Shown here piece after piece: positions 48,935 through 57,781 of a stretch of DNA of 64,000 bases (position 1 is the stretch's first letter; each line of letters starts with the position of its first letter). A program made the position numbers and the translations under genes. Origin of the DNA: an uncultured Acidimicrobiaceae bacterium (GTDB lineage Bacteria; Actinomycetota; Acidimicrobiia; Spongiisociales; UBA5794); contig CAMYKI010000003.1 of the NCBI GenBank assembly GCA_947258985.1, positions 24,222 through 88,221 of the forward strand. The letters run 5' to 3'. The notes below the pieces were generated by a model, which saw only the letters and a list, made by a program, of their open reading frames with translations, ran no database searches and was not told the origin of the DNA.

Positions 48935-50140
48935 CTAGAGCGCTCCGACAGCGAGCGCCTGGTCCAGATCGGCGATCAGGTCTGCGACATCCTCGATTCC
49001 GACGGAATACCTAATCAGGCTCTCGGGGATGCCCATCGCCGCCCTCTCTTGTGCAGTCATTTCGACGTGACTTGTGGTGGCGGGAGGACCCGCGACGGTC
49101 TCGACCGCACCGAGGTTCGCCGCCAGGTGTGCCAACTGGAGCCGGGGCAGCACCGTCTTGACCGCATCCAGTCCACCCCGGATCGAGAAGGACAGCACCC
49201 CGCCGAATCCCGTCATCTGACGAGCGGCAACGTCGTGATGCGGATGCGATTTCAGTCCGGGGTAGAACACCGCCTCGATCGCGGGGTGTGTCTCCAGGTG
49301 TTTGGCGATCGCGAGGGCGTTTGAGTTCTGGCGTTCCACCCTCAGGTGGAGTGTTTTAACCGAGCGTTGCAGCAGGTACGCCGCAAACGGTCCCAGCGTT
49401 GCGCCGTTGATCTCGCGGTAGTGATAGATGCGCTCGATGAGGTCGGCATTCCCGCAGACGATGCCGCCCAGTGCATCGGCGTGACCACCGAGGAACTTGG
49501 TCGCCGAGTGCACAACGAGATCCGCTCCGAGGGCAAGGGGCCGCTGGTTGATCGGTGTGGCAAATGTGTTGTCGACCACCACGGTGGCGCCAACCGCGTG
49601 CCCGGCGGCGGCGAGCCGCTCCAAGTCGAGGATCTTCAGTGTTGGATTGGTCGGTGTCTCGAGATAAAGGACCTTGCAGCCCTCTGCCACTGCTGCCTCG
49701 ATGGCTTCGTGGTCATCGGTGGATATCAGTTCCACGATGACGCCGTCGCGGGGGAGGAACTCGAGAAACAACTTCGTGGTGCCGCCGTAGGTGTCGGTCA
49801 CGGACACAACCCGATCACCCGGGGCGAGCAGCGTCCGCAACGTGCCGGAGATGGCGGCCATCCCCGTGGCAAACGCAGTGGCGGCCTCGGCTCGCTCCAG
49901 GGCGGCGATGCGGCGCTCGAAGACATCCACAGTCGGGTTGGTGTTGCGGCTGTAGATGTGGCCCTCTTCCTTTCCGAGGGCAACCGCCATCCACTCGTCC
50001 ACATCCTGATAGCCAAAGCTGACTGTCTGCGCTATCGGGACCTGTGTCGACCGCTCCCAGAAGGGGTGTTCCTCACCGGCCCAAACCGACTTCGTCCCGT
50101 CACCGTGTGCCACCGGAGTCCTTCCTTTCGACGTTGCCAC
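48935..50140 (-). CDS. PLP-dependent Cys/Met metabolism enzyme (cystathionine gamma-synthase / O-acylhomoserine sulfhydrylase family)
   Basis: Pyridoxal-lysine motif SATKFLGGH. About 400 aa with the overall pattern of the MetB/MetC/MetZ fold. Confidence 0.75.
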   Translation of the reverse strand: MATSKGRTPVAHGDGTKSVWAGEEHPFWERSTQVPIAQTVSFGYQDVDEWMAVALGKEEGHIYSRNTNPTVDVFERRIAALERAEAATAFATGMAAISGTLRTLLAPGDRVVSVTDTYGGTTKLFLEFLPRDGVIVELISTDDHEAIEAAVAEGCKVLYLETPTNPTLKILDLERLAAAGHAVGATVVVDNTFATPINQRPLALGADLVVHSATKFLGGHADALGGIVCGNADLIERIYHYREINGATLGPFAAYLLQRSVKTLHLRVERQNSNALAIAKHLETHPAIEAVFYPGLKSHPHHDVAARQMTGFGGVLSFSIRGGLDAVKTVLPRLQLAHLAANLGAVETVAGPPATTSHVEMTAQERAAMGIPESLIRYSVGIEDVADLIADLDQALAVGAL

Positions 50141-50168
50141 CGTACTCGACGGTACTCTTGCCGAGCAG

Positions 50169-51419
50169 ATGAACCCCTCGATTAGTCACGAGAAGATCAC
50201 CCAGCGCGCCCTGGACCTCATCGCCACGCCGTCGGTCACCGGTGACGAGCAGGCGGCGATCGATCTGGTGGCGAGTTGGCTGGAGCCGATCGCCGACGAG
50301 GTTGATCAATGGGTTACCCCGATGGCGGAACTGGAGCGTGACCCGGCGTACCCGGGGCGTGAGGTGGAGCGGGACATCGTTCCGGTTGTTGCCGCCCGGA
50401 TCGTCGGGAACCGTCCCGGCCCCACTCTTGTACTCACCGGCCACGTCGATGTAGTGCCGATCGGAGACCGGGGGCTCTGGACACGCGATCCCAGCGGCGA
50501 GGTCGATGGTGACGTGCTGTACGGGCGCGGGGCAGCCGACATGAAAGCCGGTCTCGTCGCGGCAGTCGAAGCGTTCAGCGTGCTCGCCGCGGAGCGCAGC
50601 TTTGCGGGTGAGGTCCGCTTCGTGGCGGTGCCCGGCGAGGAGGACGGCGGTACCGGCACGCTGGCCGCCATCCGGCGCGGCTGGACGGGCGACATGGTGA
50701 TCCTCACCGAGCCGACGGCCGACAGCGAGGGTCTGCGCATCGTGGTCGCTCACGGCGGCGCACTCACCTTCTCGATCGACGTATCGGGCCGCGCTGCCCA
50801 TGGTGCAACCCGGCTGCTCGGCGAATCGGCCCTCGACCACTTCTGGAAGGTGCACCGGGCGCTGCGTGATCAAGAGGCGGAACTCAACGCGGCCGAGACC
50901 GATCCGATCATGACTGCGCTTGGCTTGCCGTACCCGACGACGATTGGGATCGTGCACGGTGGCGAGTGGGCGTCCAATGTCATGGAACGACTGACCGCCG
51001 AGATCCGGGTCGGGGTCACCATTCACGAAACCATCGCTGAGGCGGAGGCGCGGTTCGAGCGAACGCTGCGTGCCGCGCTCGCCGGCGACCCGTGGCTCGA
51101 CGAACACCCCACAAAGATCACTCGCGCCGGGGCGGCGTTCGGATCGTCTCGAATTGATTTGCGGCATCCGCTGGTGGCTTCAGTCCGGGAGGCTGCAGCC
51201 ACCGTGGTCGGGGGGACACCCCCGACCGTCGGTGCGCCCTACGGATGCGATATGGCGCTGTGGGTGAGAGAGGCCGGAGCCGCCACCCTCGTGTTCGGGC
51301 CCGGCGATGTCGGCCACGCCCATGCCGTCGATGAGCACGTGAGCCTGCAGCAGGTAGCGGACGTCGCTGAGGTATTGGTGGCGACTGCGAGGCGCTTGCT
51401 GGGCGGTTCCGCGGCATAG
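50169..51419 (+). CDS. M20 family metallopeptidase (ArgE/DapE/succinyl-diaminopimelate desuccinylase-like)
   Basis: Metal-binding motifs LTGHVDVVP, GRGAADMKAG and the GEEDGGTG region. Confidence 0.7.
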   Translation: MNPSISHEKITQRALDLIATPSVTGDEQAAIDLVASWLEPIADEVDQWVTPMAELERDPAYPGREVERDIVPVVAARIVGNRPGPTLVLTGHVDVVPIGDRGLWTRDPSGEVDGDVLYGRGAADMKAGLVAAVEAFSVLAAERSFAGEVRFVAVPGEEDGGTGTLAAIRRGWTGDMVILTEPTADSEGLRIVVAHGGALTFSIDVSGRAAHGATRLLGESALDHFWKVHRALRDQEAELNAAETDPIMTALGLPYPTTIGIVHGGEWASNVMERLTAEIRVGVTIHETIAEAEARFERTLRAALAGDPWLDEHPTKITRAGAAFGSSRIDLRHPLVASVREAAATVVGGTPPTVGAPYGCDMALWVREAGAATLVFGPGDVGHAHAVDEHVSLQQVADVAEVLVATARRLLGGSAA

Positions 51420-51579
51420 CGTCGCGCCGGTAGGTGTCCTCTGGCCTGCCAGTCGTTCGTTAACGGGCTACCCACACACCCGTGCCGACCACCGGCCTCC
51501 GGACGCCCAAAGAGCTGAAACCGAGAACCACATTTCGGGCCGTTCCGTATTGGGGGGCACAGAGACGGAGGAGATAGAG

Positions 51580-51973
51580 GTGCGACGCATAGGGATCATG
51601 GTTGCGGTCTTCGCATTGCTGGTAGCCGCCTGCGGCACGAGCGACGCAGACGAGACAACCGCCACAAGTCAAGAGGCAGCGATAACCACGACCCAGGCGC
51701 CGGAGACCACTGCCGCGCCTGCCACAACTACGACAGAGGCCGTGGCTGCGGTGGCCGCCGCCGTCGCGCTATTTGTGGCTCTTCGAACACCTTCGCCCGA
51801 TTGGGTGGTTGCCATGCCCGGTACCGACCTGGCTCCCGTGGCGACATCGACGGTGGAGGGTTGGAACACTGATACCGGTACCCGCATGCTGCTGACGGTC
51901 GATGGGTCACACTCGAGCGCCTCGACGAGGACGAGAGTCCCTCGGGCGAAACGGTGCTTGACACGGGCGCGTA
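51580..51973 (+). pseudogene. possible lipoprotein gene with a frameshift (boundaries uncertain)
   Basis: The GTG at 51580 is preceded by GGAGGAG and encodes VRRIGIMVAVFALLVAACG (lipobox), then a Thr/Ala-rich linker. Downstream coding-like sequence continues in the +1 frame (..RWVTLERLDEDESPSGETVLDTGA*). In the original frame the ORF runs, through implausible Arg-rich sequence, into the DUF2892 gene. Confidence 0.3.
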
Positions 51974-52059
51974 GGCGACTCGTCGCCCCGTTTGTATCCA
52001 AATCCGAGGCTTGTTCGTCTTTATCACGTAAGTACAAGCACTCTGAGAAGGAGTCATCC

Positions 52060-52275
52060 ATGTCATTCATGAACGAAGCAAGCTGGGACCGGATCGCCCG
52101 TGTGGTTCTCGGTGTCGTCCTCATCTTCCTCGGGTTCTCGGGAACCGTCGAGGGTGGATTCGGAACTTTCCTCGGAATCCTTGGGTTCGTGCCCCTCGTC
52201 ACCGGATTGGCTGGTTGGTGCCCGCTCTATGCGATCTTCAAGTTCCGTACCAACCGCGAAACCGCTGAGATCTAG
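52060..52275 (+). CDS. DUF2892 (YgaP-like) small inner-membrane protein
   Basis: A GAAGGAG Shine-Dalgarno lies 7 nt upstream of the ATG. 71 aa with two TM helices and the conserved GW.PL motif (LAGWCPLYAIF). Confidence 0.65.
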   Translation: MSFMNEASWDRIARVVLGVVLIFLGFSGTVEGGFGTFLGILGFVPLVTGLAGWCPLYAIFKFRTNRETAEI

Positions 52276-52284
52276 GGTCCGGCG

Positions 52285-52740
52285 ATGTCGCATCTTGCCG
52301 ACTACACCCGGCCAACGCTGATCGAGATCATGGCTCCGCACTGTGTCGAGTGTCGGGCGATGCAGCCCGACCTCGACGCAGCGGCCGAGCAGCACGCAGA
52401 ATCGGTAGATCTGGTGGTGCTCGACGCAACCAAGGAGATGGACCGGGTAGCTTCGCTGCAGGTACTCGGCACACCTACGCTGATCGCCGTGAATGATGGT
52501 GTCGAGATTGCTCGGTTCGTCGGGCGGAGGTCGCGTTCGGAGCTCTCCGAGCTCTTTGTTGCGGTCGCCGCCGGAGCGGCGGATACCGTCCCGGCTTCCG
52601 GCCGGGGGGATCGGACGGTTTGGGCGATCGGCGGGGTATTGCTCGCCGCTGCCGGGCTACTCAGCGGACCGTCCTGGATTCTCGTCGCACTCGGGGCCGG
52701 TCTTGCCGGGTTTGCGGTGCTGCGGTCGGTGGCGGGCTGA
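52285..52740 (+). CDS. thioredoxin-like protein with C-terminal membrane anchor
   Basis: CxxC active site (APHCVECRAM) in a thioredoxin-fold-like N-domain. A Gly/Ala-rich TM segment sits at the C-terminus. Confidence 0.6.
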   Translation: MSHLADYTRPTLIEIMAPHCVECRAMQPDLDAAAEQHAESVDLVVLDATKEMDRVASLQVLGTPTLIAVNDGVEIARFVGRRSRSELSELFVAVAAGAADTVPASGRGDRTVWAIGGVLLAAAGLLSGPSWILVALGAGLAGFAVLRSVAG

Positions 52741-53480
52741 TGTTCAACACCGCGGATCTAGGTGATCATCTCGATGATCTCTACCGTTTTGCTCTGGCAA
52801 TTACCCGCAACCCCGACCAGGCGGGCGACCTCGTCCATGACACGGTCGTACGGGCTATTGAGCGACGGGATCAGTATCGCGACGACGGGTCCCTCGGAGC
52901 CTGGCTGCGACGCATTCTCCACAACCTCGCGATCGATCGGGCGCGCCGCTCCTCACGTGAGGTCGTCGTGGAGGAAGTCGAGGAGAAGTGGCAAGCCGAC
53001 GAGTACACAGTCGATCCGGCGATTGTTGCCGAGCGCGCCCAGACCAGAGAAGAGTTGGAGGACGCTCTGGTTCGTCTCCCCTTCGCCTACAGAACCGCGG
53101 TCGTTCTCCACGACGTCGAGGAATGGAAGGTGCGCGAGATAGCTGAGGTGCAAGGGATCTCATTGCCCGCGGCAAAGCAGCGCTTGCGGCGAGGCCGCAT
53201 GATGCTGGTAGCCGCGCTCGCCGAGGGCCACGAACGGCGCATGATGCTCAAGGAGGTACCGATGCGGTGCTGGGACGCTCGAAAACATGTATCCGACTAT
53301 CTCGACGGCGCGCTCGCACAAGACACTGCGTTCATGGTGGAGAGCCACCTCGAAGCTTGTCCCACCTGCCCCCCGCTGTATGCCGCACTTGTCGACGCCC
53401 ATAGTGGTCTGGTGGCTCACCGCGACCCCGACTCGGTGATTCCCCCCGATGTGCGCACAAGAATCCTGGCGCTTCGCTGA
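52740..53480 (+). CDS. ECF sigma factor fused in frame to a C-terminal ZAS anti-sigma domain
   Basis: Sigma region 2 (DLVHDTVVRAIER...WLRRILHNLAIDR) and region 4 (TAVVLHDVEEWKVREIAEVQGISLPAAKQRLRRGR) are followed, without a stop, by MRCWDARKH...HLEACPTCPP (C-x26-H-x3-C-x2-C). AAGGAGG plus an ATG at 53262 sit exactly at the start of the ZAS part. The ATG at 52740 overlaps the upstream stop. Confidence 0.7.
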   Translation: MFNTADLGDHLDDLYRFALAITRNPDQAGDLVHDTVVRAIERRDQYRDDGSLGAWLRRILHNLAIDRARRSSREVVVEEVEEKWQADEYTVDPAIVAERAQTREELEDALVRLPFAYRTAVVLHDVEEWKVREIAEVQGISLPAAKQRLRRGRMMLVAALAEGHERRMMLKEVPMRCWDARKHVSDYLDGALAQDTAFMVESHLEACPTCPPLYAALVDAHSGLVAHRDPDSVIPPDVRTRILALR

Positions 53481-53651
53481 GGCGCTCGGGTTCCCTCCGC
53501 AACCGGGTCAGGCGCCATGAATTCAGCCGAGCGTCGTCTTCCCTGTTGCGGTGGCGGCAACGCCGAAAGGCCGGGAGCAACCTCCCCGGCGGGCGTCACG
53601 GATGTGCCAGATCTCCGCAAGAATGTGTGGGCAAGGAGACAGGGAGGCATT

Positions 53652-54554
53652 GTGGCAACTGATTGGACGTTCAACGGGACCTGGCCGTACGAACCGAAAT
53701 GGTTTGACAGCAGCGATGGCCGGATGCACTACGTCGACGAGGGGCCCCGGGACGGCAAGGTCGTTGTGATGGCGCATGGCAACCCCACCTGGGGCTACCT
53801 ATATCGCAACTTCATCGGCGCTCTCGCCGATGCCGGGTATCGGGCGATTGTCCCCGATCACCTTGGCTTCGGTCGATCCGACAAGCCAGATCAGCCGGAG
53901 CTGTACACGATCCAGCGCCACAGCGAACGTTTCGAGGCATTGCTGGAGTCGTTGGATCTCCACGACGCAACCGTTGTGTGCCAGGACTGGGGTGGGCCGA
54001 TCAGCCTCTACTGGGCGACCCGGCATCCGGAACGAGTGCGGTCGCTGTTCATCCTCAATACCTTTGCGCATCGGCCGCCGACGGACGTGAAGCTTCCGCT
54101 GCCGATCAAGATGTTCCAGACCAAAGGCGTCGGCGAGACGCTGGTGAAGCGATTGCACCTTTTCGTGCGCGGTTTCCTCTTCAAGGCCGGGGTGGTCCAC
54201 AAGGATCGGTTCACCGCCGATGTCAAACGAGCGTATCTGGCACCCCATCCCACATACGCCAGCCGCACTCCAATTCTCGTGTTTCCCCGGGAGATCCCGG
54301 CGGGACCGGAGGGCGAAGTCTCCGATCTCAACGCTGAGATCGAAGCCGGTCTCGAGGAGCACTTCAGGAGCAAGCCGGTGAAGATCATGTGGGCCATGAA
54401 GGACATCGCCTTCACCCCCGAGATGGTCGATCAGCTCTGGTTGAAGACCTTCCCCGATGCCGAGGTGGAGCGTATCCCCGACGCCGGCCACTATCTCCAG
54501 GAGGACGCCCACGAGCGCATCGGACCCGCCCTGGTGAACTTCCTCGGTACCTAG
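53652..54554 (+). CDS. alpha/beta hydrolase, haloalkane-dehalogenase-like
   Basis: MHYVDEGPRDGKVVVMAHGNPTWGYLYR is the HGNP(T/S) motif. The nucleophile elbow has Asp (VVCQDWGG). The GTG at 53652 is preceded by GGGAGG. Confidence 0.7.
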   Translation: MATDWTFNGTWPYEPKWFDSSDGRMHYVDEGPRDGKVVVMAHGNPTWGYLYRNFIGALADAGYRAIVPDHLGFGRSDKPDQPELYTIQRHSERFEALLESLDLHDATVVCQDWGGPISLYWATRHPERVRSLFILNTFAHRPPTDVKLPLPIKMFQTKGVGETLVKRLHLFVRGFLFKAGVVHKDRFTADVKRAYLAPHPTYASRTPILVFPREIPAGPEGEVSDLNAEIEAGLEEHFRSKPVKIMWAMKDIAFTPEMVDQLWLKTFPDAEVERIPDAGHYLQEDAHERIGPALVNFLGT

Positions 54555-54566
54555 ACCCCTTTCGGT

Positions 54567-54608
54567 CTGGCGTACGTGAGCGCTGTATACAGCGCTCACG
54601 TACGCCAG
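54567..54608. terminator. perfect 42-bp palindrome (21-bp arms) between convergent genes
   Basis: CTGGCGTACGTGAGCGCTGTA|TACAGCGCTCACGTACGCCAG. The reverse complement of the first arm equals the second arm exactly. Confidence 0.6.
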
Positions 54609-54613
54609 ACGCG

Positions 54614-55108
54614 CTAGAGCACCAGCTCTAGGTTCAGGACCTCGGCTGCGACCTGGGTTTCGCTTGCTCCGGTGACTGTGAATCCGAGTGAGCGATAGAA
54701 CCGCAGGGCTGATTCGTTGTCCGTCTCGGTGCTCACCATCATCCGCCTGAACCCGATGCGGCGCGCCGACTCGATGGCTGCCTCGACCAGGGGCGTACCG
54801 ATGCCCATACCAACCTTCGACTGGAGGACAACCACGCCGGACAGTTCCACGGTCTCAGCGGTGAGGCGGCGGGAGGAAGAGAAGCCAACCATCGTCCCGT
54901 CCCGTCGTGCCAGGAACATGCGGCGATCGGGGCCACCGACGCGAGCCTTTATTGCATCGGGAGCGCTGATCTCGGCTATCAAGGCGTCATTAGCACCGGA
55001 GAAACCCGGGGCGCCGGGCCCGGCTTGACGCCACGCCTCGTTGATCAACGCGGAGACGTCGGCAACATGATCGATCGTGGCTTCTACAACCTCAATGGCA
55101 TCCTGCAT
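54614..55108 (-). CDS. GNAT family N-acetyltransferase
   Basis: Acetyl-CoA binding motif A region (VLQSKVGMGIGTPLVEAAIESARRIG) in a roughly 165-aa protein. ATG at 55108. The long upstream extension in the ORF track is rejected. Confidence 0.65.
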   Translation of the reverse strand: MQDAIEVVEATIDHVADVSALINEAWRQAGPGAPGFSGANDALIAEISAPDAIKARVGGPDRRMFLARRDGTMVGFSSSRRLTAETVELSGVVVLQSKVGMGIGTPLVEAAIESARRIGFRRMMVSTETDNESALRFYRSLGFTVTGASETQVAAEVLNLELVL

Positions 55109-55186
55109 GAATACCTCCCCGACACTCTCCACACTACAGACCGCGAAATCCGCGTTTCTGTCGGGGGTCACCGATAACGTGACGGC

Positions 55187-55435
55187 ATGTTGGCGCAGCG
55201 AGACATCAAGGTCCTCGAGTTCGAGAGTGCGTGGTGGCACTATCCCGAGCCGAAGGACCGCGCCATCCGCGAATACCTGGGCATGAGCGCTACCCGCTAC
55301 TACCAGGCGTTGCGCCGACTCATCGACGACGAGACGGCCGCTTGCGAATACCCGCTTGTGATCCGCAGGTTGCGGCGAATGCGCACCGAGCGGCGAGAAG
55401 CATTGGCGCGTCGGCTCGATTCCACGGTCGGCTGA
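55187..55435 (+). CDS. DUF3263 domain protein
   Basis: 82 aa with the conserved LEFE..WW......K...IRE..GMSATRYYQ.L..LID motif typical of DUF3263. Confidence 0.6.
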   Translation: MLAQRDIKVLEFESAWWHYPEPKDRAIREYLGMSATRYYQALRRLIDDETAACEYPLVIRRLRRMRTERREALARRLDSTVG

Positions 55436-56700
55436 TGGCGGAGACCACCCCGGCCGCTCCTGTCGAAGAAGCCCAGGAGTCCGAACCGCAACGGGACCTG
55501 AGCGCGCTGATATCGCGGATCGGGATTGCGGCATGGAGCATCGTCGGTGTCGCAGTTCTCGTCTGGGTGATCCTCCAGGTTCTTGTGCGCATCGACGTGT
55601 TGCTCGCCCCTGTCGTGTTTGCGGTAGCAACCATCTATGTGCTCAACCCGGTGGTCAACTGGTTTTCGGCTCGCCATATCCCTCGAGTGATAGCGGCGTT
55701 TCTTGCGTTCATGTTGCTGCTCGGCGTGCTGGTGCTCTTCGGGTTTGCCGTTGCTCCGGCGGTGACGTCGCAGGCTTCCGAACTGGCCAGCAGGTTCCCG
55801 GAGATCTACGCAGATTCCACCGCCGAGATAGAAGACCTGGTCGCCAACCTAGGGTTCGAGGGTGTTGATCTGTGGTCCTATGAACGTTTCCAGGAGTTCC
55901 TGCGTGATCCGGATGCTCAAGACCAGATTCTCTCAGTGGTTTGGGATCGTCTCGGCGAAGTGACAACCGGTTTGCTTGAAGCGTTCCTGGTGTTCTTCCT
56001 CGCCCCCGTTGTTGCTTTCTATATCCTCATCGATCTTCCCCGCGTCCGCCGCGAGGCTATCGGACTAATTCCGAGGCGACACCAGGATGAGGTACTCCAC
56101 GTTTCGCGTCGGTTGGGCGGTGCGATTGGCGGTTTTATACGGGGCCAGGTGGCGGTTGCCGTGATCGTCGGCATCATGACCAGTGTCGGGTTCCGCATAA
56201 TCGGGCTCGAGTTCTGGCTGATCATCGGGATGATCGCCGGATTCCTCAACATCATTCCGTTCGTCGGTCCGTGGGTCGGAGGTTTCCTCGGTGTGTTGGT
56301 CGGTTTCGTCACCGCCGACGTGTCGACGGCCTTGTGGGCGGGAGTTGTGGCGCTCGTAGTGCAGCAGTTGGACAACCACCTGATCAGCCCAAATGTGTTG
56401 CGGGCTACGGTGAGCCTGCACCCTGCCGTCATCATTCTGGTGCTGGTGCTCGGTGGCGGCATCGGTGGGATCTGGGGTGTTCTCCTCGCCGTCCCGGTCA
56501 CTGCCATCCTCAAGATCCTCATCGGTCATCTGTGGCGAACACGGGTACTCGGCCAGTCGTGGGAAGATGCTCTGGAGGCAATGATCGAGTCATCTCAACC
56601 ACCGGAAACACTGTATGAGGCGATCCGCGAGTCGCTCGACGACGAGCACGCCGCTAACGAGGCCGAGGTCGATGCCGACGGTGGCATCACCGACGAATAG
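55434..56700 (+). CDS. AI-2E family transporter (second copy)
   Basis: Multi-TM protein with the same family pattern as the gene at 45395-46660. The ATG overlaps the DUF3263 stop (ATGA). Confidence 0.7.
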
Positions 56701-56714
56701 CGGGAGCCATAACC

Positions 56715-57674
56715 GTGCTTGATCTGATCCTGGGCGCAGCGCTGGTCATCCTGGCCATCTACGGGTGGACGCAGGGCTTGGTGCGTGCGGTGATCAGCCT
56801 GGCGGTGCTCGTCGTGGGGACGGTCGTCTCATTTCGGTTCTCGGGACCGTTGGGTGAATTGCTGGCCGACATGTCCGGAACATCGCCGGATGCTGCTCGC
56901 ATGGTTGCGGGCCTGGGCGTATTCATGATGATCACCATCGCTGCGGCGATTCTGAGCAGGATGTTGCACCTCGGGATACGATTTCTACCGGGGGTCTCGA
57001 CACTCAATCGAGCCGCGGGGGCAGCGTTGACACTCATCACGGCGGCTCTGGTGATCACCCTCTTGCTATCACTGGTGGCGGTCGCGCCTCTCCCCGAGGC
57101 GGTCGCTGATGAAATCGAGGAGTCCGTCGTCGCCGAAACACTCACCGAACCCGACGGGTTCCCCCAACATGTGCTCGGGCTGATGTCGGGGGACAGAGTG
57201 GTCGAATTGAATCTTCGGATAAGGGAGCTGACGGGAGACCGCAGCGCCGTCGCCTCAGCAACAGTCCCGCTTGCAGTGCCGCCCGCGGCCGCGGTCGATC
57301 TGAACCGATTGTCTGCTGCGGAAGAAGAAGTGTTCGAGCTGCTCAACGAGGAACGGGTGGCCCAGGATGCCGCACCGGTGGCTCGGTCGAGCGGGTTGGA
57401 TCAGGTTGCATTCGATCTGGCAATGCAGGGATACGGCAGCGGTACGATCCTTCTTGATGACGAAACCGAGTTGCGGGACCGGCTCAACCGAGCCGGAATC
57501 CCAACAACCGCTAGGGCCGAGATCGCAGTCCTGACCGCTTCGCCCGATGCGGGACATGCCGCGCTGGTAGAGCGAGTACCGAGCACCCTGGGCAGCAGCG
57601 AATTCACCAAAGTCGGTGTCGTGGTCCTGGAGGGGCCCACCGGCCTCCTCATCGTCGAAATCCTGGTGGGCTGA
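56715..57674 (+). CDS. CvpA-like membrane protein fused to a C-terminal CAP/SCP (PR-1-like) domain
   Basis: N-terminal 4-TM region with the CvpA pattern (MLDLILGAALVILAIYGWTQGLVR...). C-terminal region (EEVFELLNEERVAQDAAP...LDDETELRDRL) resembles a CAP-superfamily domain. Confidence 0.5.
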   Translation: MLDLILGAALVILAIYGWTQGLVRAVISLAVLVVGTVVSFRFSGPLGELLADMSGTSPDAARMVAGLGVFMMITIAAAILSRMLHLGIRFLPGVSTLNRAAGAALTLITAALVITLLLSLVAVAPLPEAVADEIEESVVAETLTEPDGFPQHVLGLMSGDRVVELNLRIRELTGDRSAVASATVPLAVPPAAAVDLNRLSAAEEEVFELLNEERVAQDAAPVARSSGLDQVAFDLAMQGYGSGTILLDDETELRDRLNRAGIPTTARAEIAVLTASPDAGHAALVERVPSTLGSSEFTKVGVVVLEGPTGLLIVEILVG

Positions 57675-57781
57675 ACCCGGAATTCATTCCTCCGCGTGAG
57701 CGGCCAATCATCCGACTGGACGACGCATCCGACGCCCGCAGAGCCTATGTTTACGTTGGCTGCTACGGAGGAGGCGGGAAG

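Noticed and set aside
51550-52275. Single 241-aa ORF joining a lipoprotein signal to the DUF2892 domain
   Set aside because: The middle third is Arg-rich nonsense. A strong SD plus ATG at 52060 defines the DUF2892 gene separately. A frameshifted upstream gene is more parsimonious.
55108-55630. N-terminal 174-aa extension of the GNAT ORF on the minus strand
   Set aside because: It is antisense to the DUF3263 gene and the AI-2E start. Its composition is non-protein-like. The GNAT domain begins at the ATG at 55108.
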